A stretch of DNA of 64,000 nucleotides from a virus (lineage: Duplodnaviria; Caudoviricetes), in IMG/VR virus record IMGVR_UViG_3300028591_000078, positions 174,366 through 238,365 of that record. One strand, given 5' to 3'. How positions within the stretch are numbered: the first letter of the stretch is position 1; every line of letters starts with the position of its first letter. The notes beneath the pieces are model-generated. The model was not told the origin of the DNA. It did no database searches and saw only the letters and a program-made list of their open reading frames with translations. A program made the translations under genes and the position numbers. Shown here in pieces: positions 59,843 to 64,000 of the stretch.

Positions 59843-61009
59843 ATGAATACGACAGTTATAGGATGTGGCGCTGCTGGTACGAAAGCTCTGATCAATCTGA
59901 TCGAGACTGGAGTAATAGCAAAGAATCGCGCTCACATAATAAACTCTACTCTCAGAGATGTACCTGAGGAGTATAGAGATATATCCATCATAATCTGTGA
60001 TGATGAAAGATCTGGTGGATGCGGTAAAGAAAGAGAAGCTGGTAAGGCTCTCATGGAAGAGTATATTAAGAATACTAAGTTTGATGTATCCTCTCTGCTC
60101 TTCCCAGATGATGATAGTGTAACTATCATTGCTGCACCTGAGGGTGGTACAGGATCTGGTGCTTCTGTGGTTCTGGCTGAGAAGCTGAACGAATTCCTTC
60201 CTGTACATATCTTCATGCTGAATGGATTTGAAGATGACCCTAGAGGTATTAAGAATACAGTAAACTACTTTAAGGATCTTGATGAGTCTTATGTAGTTGA
60301 AGCTATTAGCAATAAGAAATTCTACAGAGATACAGGTTCTAGACTTAAGGCTGAGCTTAAGGCTAATGAAGAGCTTGCTAATCGTATGATGATCTACATG
60401 GCCAATCCGATAGTAGAGTCTAGCCAGAATATAGATTCTACAGACCATTATAAGGCTACAACAAGACCTGGTTTTATGGATATCGAAAATATCAATCTCG
60501 AAAAGATCAAGAACCAGGAACAGATGCTTAAGGTTCTGCAGGATGCTATCGATAATACTCATTCTGTAGATTTCACTCCTACTGCATCCATTATAGCAGT
60601 GTACATAAATGCTAAGCCTGAAACGGCTGATATTATTACTTCTTGCTTTGATAAGATCAAGGAGAATTTTGGTCAGCCTTTCGAAATCTTCCACCACATT
60701 CAGTGTGAAGGAGATAGAGAATGGGTAAGCATTATTGCTTCTGGTATGAAGCTTCCGATCGAAGAGGTTGAAGCTATCTATAAGAAGTATATAAATGAAT
60801 CTCAGAGAGTTGATAAGACCAAGGATACATTCTTCGGCTCTGTAAAGACTATGGAAGATCTTGATGAAGACTCTTCTTTCAATATTACAGATCGTAGAAG
60901 AGGCCCTGGCAAGAGGACTACTCCTACACCTACTCCTGAAGAGAAGAAAGGCTTTAAGTCTAAGGTAAAGCTGGTAGAAAGTGCTGGCAATACAATTGAC
61001 GAATATTAA
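59843..61009 (+). CDS. Tubulin/FtsZ-family GTPase (PhuZ/TubZ-like)
   Basis: VIGCGAAG, GGCGK, EGGTGSG signature, NIDSTD T7-like loop. Confidence 0.85.
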   Translation: MNTTVIGCGAAGTKALINLIETGVIAKNRAHIINSTLRDVPEEYRDISIIICDDERSGGCGKEREAGKALMEEYIKNTKFDVSSLLFPDDDSVTIIAAPEGGTGSGASVVLAEKLNEFLPVHIFMLNGFEDDPRGIKNTVNYFKDLDESYVVEAISNKKFYRDTGSRLKAELKANEELANRMMIYMANPIVESSQNIDSTDHYKATTRPGFMDIENINLEKIKNQEQMLKVLQDAIDNTHSVDFTPTASIIAVYINAKPETADIITSCFDKIKENFGQPFEIFHHIQCEGDREWVSIIASGMKLPIEEVEAIYKKYINESQRVDKTKDTFFGSVKTMEDLDEDSSFNITDRRRGPGKRTTPTPTPEEKKGFKSKVKLVESAGNTIDEY

Positions 61010-61078
61010 GCTCTTAACTATAAATAAGCGAAACACCATGGGTTTACGCCCATGGTGTTATATTTTTAGGAGGTTAGT

Positions 61079-61957
61079 ATGGAATTACGTGGTTTACAAC
61101 CAGTGATGGAAGATGAAGTTGTTCATCTTGATTTTGCAAACAATCCTGCTTTCAATAAAGATATATTAAAAGTTACACCGCTTGACCAAATAGATGATGC
61201 TAAGTTGTACGAGATCATTAAATCATCGTATTATAATATCTTAGAGGATCTCTTCAATAACGTAGGTGATATCTATAAGCAGCATTTTCAGGATAAGAGA
61301 TTTCTGAATACATTTATAAAAGTATTACAGTCTTGTGATACATTCCCTATAGAGTTAAGAACCTATTGCAACCATCTTGCATATGATTATCTTACCCTAC
61401 CAGGAGCTTCTAAGTTCATGAAGGAGTTATTCTTAATAATGTCTAAGACAGTTAATAGAGATATAATTCCTACTCTTCTTGCTATAGGCTTAGAAGAGTC
61501 ATTAGCAATCAAGCTATCTCTAGCCAGATATTCTTCATTCAATGAAAGAATCAATATTCAGAGAGTTAATGTAATCCTGGTCAACTATTTCAATGCTGAA
61601 ACAGAGGTAGAAGATATAGTAAAGATCTATGGAAAACTCTTTGATAGAATAGGTGTACTATTTACAACAGTAATGTTTTCACCTATTCAGACTGATACTG
61701 TAACAGATGAGTTATCTCATGAAGAGTATGATATGATTGAGGTCGATGGGTTATTAGGGCTTGCAGTTCTTGATATACTTGTTACTCAGCCAGTGGATGT
61801 TATAGTAGCTGTGCTTAAGATGTATTCTAATGAGTTTGTAACTCTTCATAACTCTGATCCTAAATCAGTCAGATTCTCTATGCATAAACTATCTACTGAC
61901 TTTGATAGATTAGAGTATGTAATGGACAATCTTATTCCTGAGTATCCTATACCATAA
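61079..61957 (+). CDS. Hypothetical helical protein
   Basis: AGGAGG RBS; 292 aa. Confidence 0.6.
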   Translation: MELRGLQPVMEDEVVHLDFANNPAFNKDILKVTPLDQIDDAKLYEIIKSSYYNILEDLFNNVGDIYKQHFQDKRFLNTFIKVLQSCDTFPIELRTYCNHLAYDYLTLPGASKFMKELFLIMSKTVNRDIIPTLLAIGLEESLAIKLSLARYSSFNERINIQRVNVILVNYFNAETEVEDIVKIYGKLFDRIGVLFTTVMFSPIQTDTVTDELSHEEYDMIEVDGLLGLAVLDILVTQPVDVIVAVLKMYSNEFVTLHNSDPKSVRFSMHKLSTDFDRLEYVMDNLIPEYPIP

Positions 61958-61969
61958 GGAGGTAATAAA

Positions 61970-62254
61970 ATGAAGGATTTTATCAAGATGCTGCGTGAGT
62001 ATATATCTGATTTTTTGCTTGACCACAGTATTGGAGTATTTTATGCATTCTTAGTTATTGGGATTGGAATCATATTAATAACTATAAATGCATCTAAGAA
62101 TGATGATATAAACAAGAAGGTTGTTACTGTCCAACAAACTAGTGATAAAGTAATAGTGTACAATCCGGCATATGAATATAATTCTTATGACGTAGATTAT
62201 ACAGAAGATTATGAGCTATGCCGAATCATTATCACCTATACTAAAGCAGAATAA
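61970..62254 (+). CDS. Single-TM membrane protein
   Basis: Hydrophobic segment; AGGAGG RBS. Confidence 0.6.
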   Translation: MKDFIKMLREYISDFLLDHSIGVFYAFLVIGIGIILITINASKNDDINKKVVTVQQTSDKVIVYNPAYEYNSYDVDYTEDYELCRIIITYTKAE

Positions 62255-62375
62255 AATAAAGGTTGGTCTTGTTACCAACCTTTATTTTTTGTCGATAATA
62301 GGTGAGTATAGGAATGTAGTATTTGAAAACATGACTAACTATTGAATACATTATATATCAGAGGAGGCTAATTAA

Positions 62376-63617
62376 ATGGCTGGATTATTAGCACAGAGGT
62401 TTAGAGAGTCAGTCTCTAAACTTAAAGACTTTCGAATGAAGTCAGAAACAGAATTTGATGTAGGATATTCTACTGGATTTCTTACATTTGATTTTGCCAA
62501 TGGAACGATGGTTCATGTTAGAAGTAATACAAAAGATATGAAGTATCATTCTGTAGGAATTACAGATGGTAGTATGGTTATGGTTATCGGTAGATCTGGA
62601 TGTGGTAAAACTACATTCTGTATTCAGTCTGCTTCTAATATAGTAAGGCCTTTCAAAACCTCATGTGTGTTTGAGGATAATATAGAAGGTGGTCTTACAG
62701 CAACAAGACGAGCTACTCTTTCAAGATTTAACTCAGAAGAGCTTAAAGATAGATTTATCTGCAGAAACTCAGGCATCACTGCAGAGAATTTCTATGAAAG
62801 AGTTAAGATGATACATGATCTTAAGATCAATAACAGAGCAGATTATGAGTATGATACAGGTTTATGTGATGATATGGGTAATAGAATCTATAAGCTTGAA
62901 CCTACAGTATATATACTTGACTCTATAGCTCTGCTTATGCCTGAGAAATATACTGAAGAAGATGAGTTATCTGGTCAGATGGCAGCAACAGCAGCTGCAA
63001 AAGCTAATACTGCTATCTTCAAGAGAATTATACCGATGCTCAAAGCAGCAAATATAATACTCTTCGTAATAAACCATATAACACAGAATGTAAGCCTTAA
63101 TGCTTATGCTCCGCCTAAATCTCAGGTTTCTTACCTGAAACAGGGTGAACGGCTTGCAGGTGGCGAAGCTATAGTATATCTGTCTAATCTGCTTCTTAGA
63201 TTTGAGGATAGATCTAAGCTTAAGGATGATGAAGGCCTTGGCATAAATGGCTCTATAGTAGATATACTCTTTGTAAAATCTAGAACTAATAGAGCTGGTA
63301 AGGTTGCTTCACTGGTATTCAACCAGGAGATGGGATATGATGAAGAGCTATCTGAATACTTACTATTAAAGAATAATGGTAAGATAGGAGGAGCTGGAGC
63401 ATATCTCTATATAACTGGTCATACTGATATGAAGTTTGCTCAGAAAAACTTTAAAGAGAAACTGCACACAGATCCTGAGTTCGCTAAAGTATTCTATGAA
63501 AATGTGATTGAAGTCTTGATGACTACAATCACTGATACTTCAGATGATTACATTACAGACACTGTAGATACAGCATCTATAATAATGTCTAAGATAAGAG
63601 AACAGGAAGCTGCATAA
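62376..63617 (+). CDS. uvsX: RecA/UvsX recombinase
   Basis: GRSGCGKTT, YILDSIA, FVINHI, VKSR. Confidence 0.85.
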   Translation: MAGLLAQRFRESVSKLKDFRMKSETEFDVGYSTGFLTFDFANGTMVHVRSNTKDMKYHSVGITDGSMVMVIGRSGCGKTTFCIQSASNIVRPFKTSCVFEDNIEGGLTATRRATLSRFNSEELKDRFICRNSGITAENFYERVKMIHDLKINNRADYEYDTGLCDDMGNRIYKLEPTVYILDSIALLMPEKYTEEDELSGQMAATAAAKANTAIFKRIIPMLKAANIILFVINHITQNVSLNAYAPPKSQVSYLKQGERLAGGEAIVYLSNLLLRFEDRSKLKDDEGLGINGSIVDILFVKSRTNRAGKVASLVFNQEMGYDEELSEYLLLKNNGKIGGAGAYLYITGHTDMKFAQKNFKEKLHTDPEFAKVFYENVIEVLMTTITDTSDDYITDTVDTASIIMSKIREQEAA

Positions 63618-63734
63618 GAGATTAGGGATCACTTCGGTGATCCCTTCAAACTCTTTAGTATTTATATATTATAAGAATGTGTCAAGGAGTTCGACACTAG
63701 CAAAGGAAATCGTTTTATTAAAGGAGGTACTTAT

Positions 63735-64000
63735 ATGGCTCTCTCAGATTTGAGTTTAAGTACTAGAATTAAAGAAGCAGAGGAACGAATACGAGTTCCA
63801 GAAGAGATGTTGGGCAATACTCTTATGATGCCCTTCACTCCAGCATGTAGTGCGCAAAGAAAGATAATGTTTGCGCAGCACTTGAATCAGCATTTGAATC
63901 TCATTCATGGTGAGGTTCCACTGGTATGTACAGGATATGAGGATGAGTTTGCTAAGTATTCATCTTCATATAAAGTAACAGATGCAGAGTATAGAGTTGT
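63735..64000 (+). CDS. Phage RNA polymerase beta-type subunit (nvRNAP beta-C), truncated at window edge
   Basis: LMMPFTPACSAQRKIMFAQHLNQ...PLVCTGYE aligns with RpoB LIPF..DDANRALMG.NMQRQ...PLVGTGME; early motif at 63663. Confidence 0.8.
   Translation, partial: MALSDLSLSTRIKEAEERIRVPEEMLGNTLMMPFTPACSAQRKIMFAQHLNQHLNLIHGEVPLVCTGYEDEFAKYSSSYKVTDAEYRV

Noticed and set aside
59837-61039. 400-aa minus-strand ORF
   Set aside because: Shadow of the tubulin gene. The same applies to 29487-30545, 8819-9517, 5607-6161 and the ORFs antisense to gyrA.
1-64000. Alternative genetic code (stop recoding)
   Set aside because: Genes are full length in code 11 at high coding density, and TAA, TAG and TGA all end genes.

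Overview
A 64 kb segment of an AT-rich jumbo phage of the AR9/PBS1-phiKZ type, using the standard genetic code. The host is probably a Firmicute (AGGAGG RBSs, amidase plus holin cassette, HPr-like gene). Content: a lysis cassette; tail, baseplate and fibre genes; SbcD, DnaB and Dda-like helicase; GyrB interrupted by a 301-nt group I intron; GyrA; a DHH phosphoesterase; a tubulin (PhuZ/TubZ-like); RecA/UvsX; and two split RNA polymerase beta-type subunits. Two phage promoter classes are readable: an early ATATA(T/C)TATA motif and a middle/late AAC(A/T)-N6-TA motif matching the AR9 nvRNAP consensus. Main finding: at 24.3-36.2 kb, ten paralogous tail-tip/adhesin-like genes (N-terminus M[AS][IVL][YW][AV]NE[DN][GS]) are served by nine perfect palindromes whose 1-5 nt asymmetric centre decides which strand reads as the late promoter. 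Eight point away from their gene. The ninth, shared by a divergent pair, would be toggled by one central C/G. Two relic copies carry the flipped loop. This looks like a recombinase-free micro-inversion phase-variation system for receptor-binding proteins, which is inference and needs read-level and TSS confirmation. Also noted: a candidate ~340-nt structured ncRNA, an orphan or antisense copy of the adhesin 5' end, a recurrent NPFxH motif in replication proteins, a His-less HPr and a MazF-like-HTH fusion.
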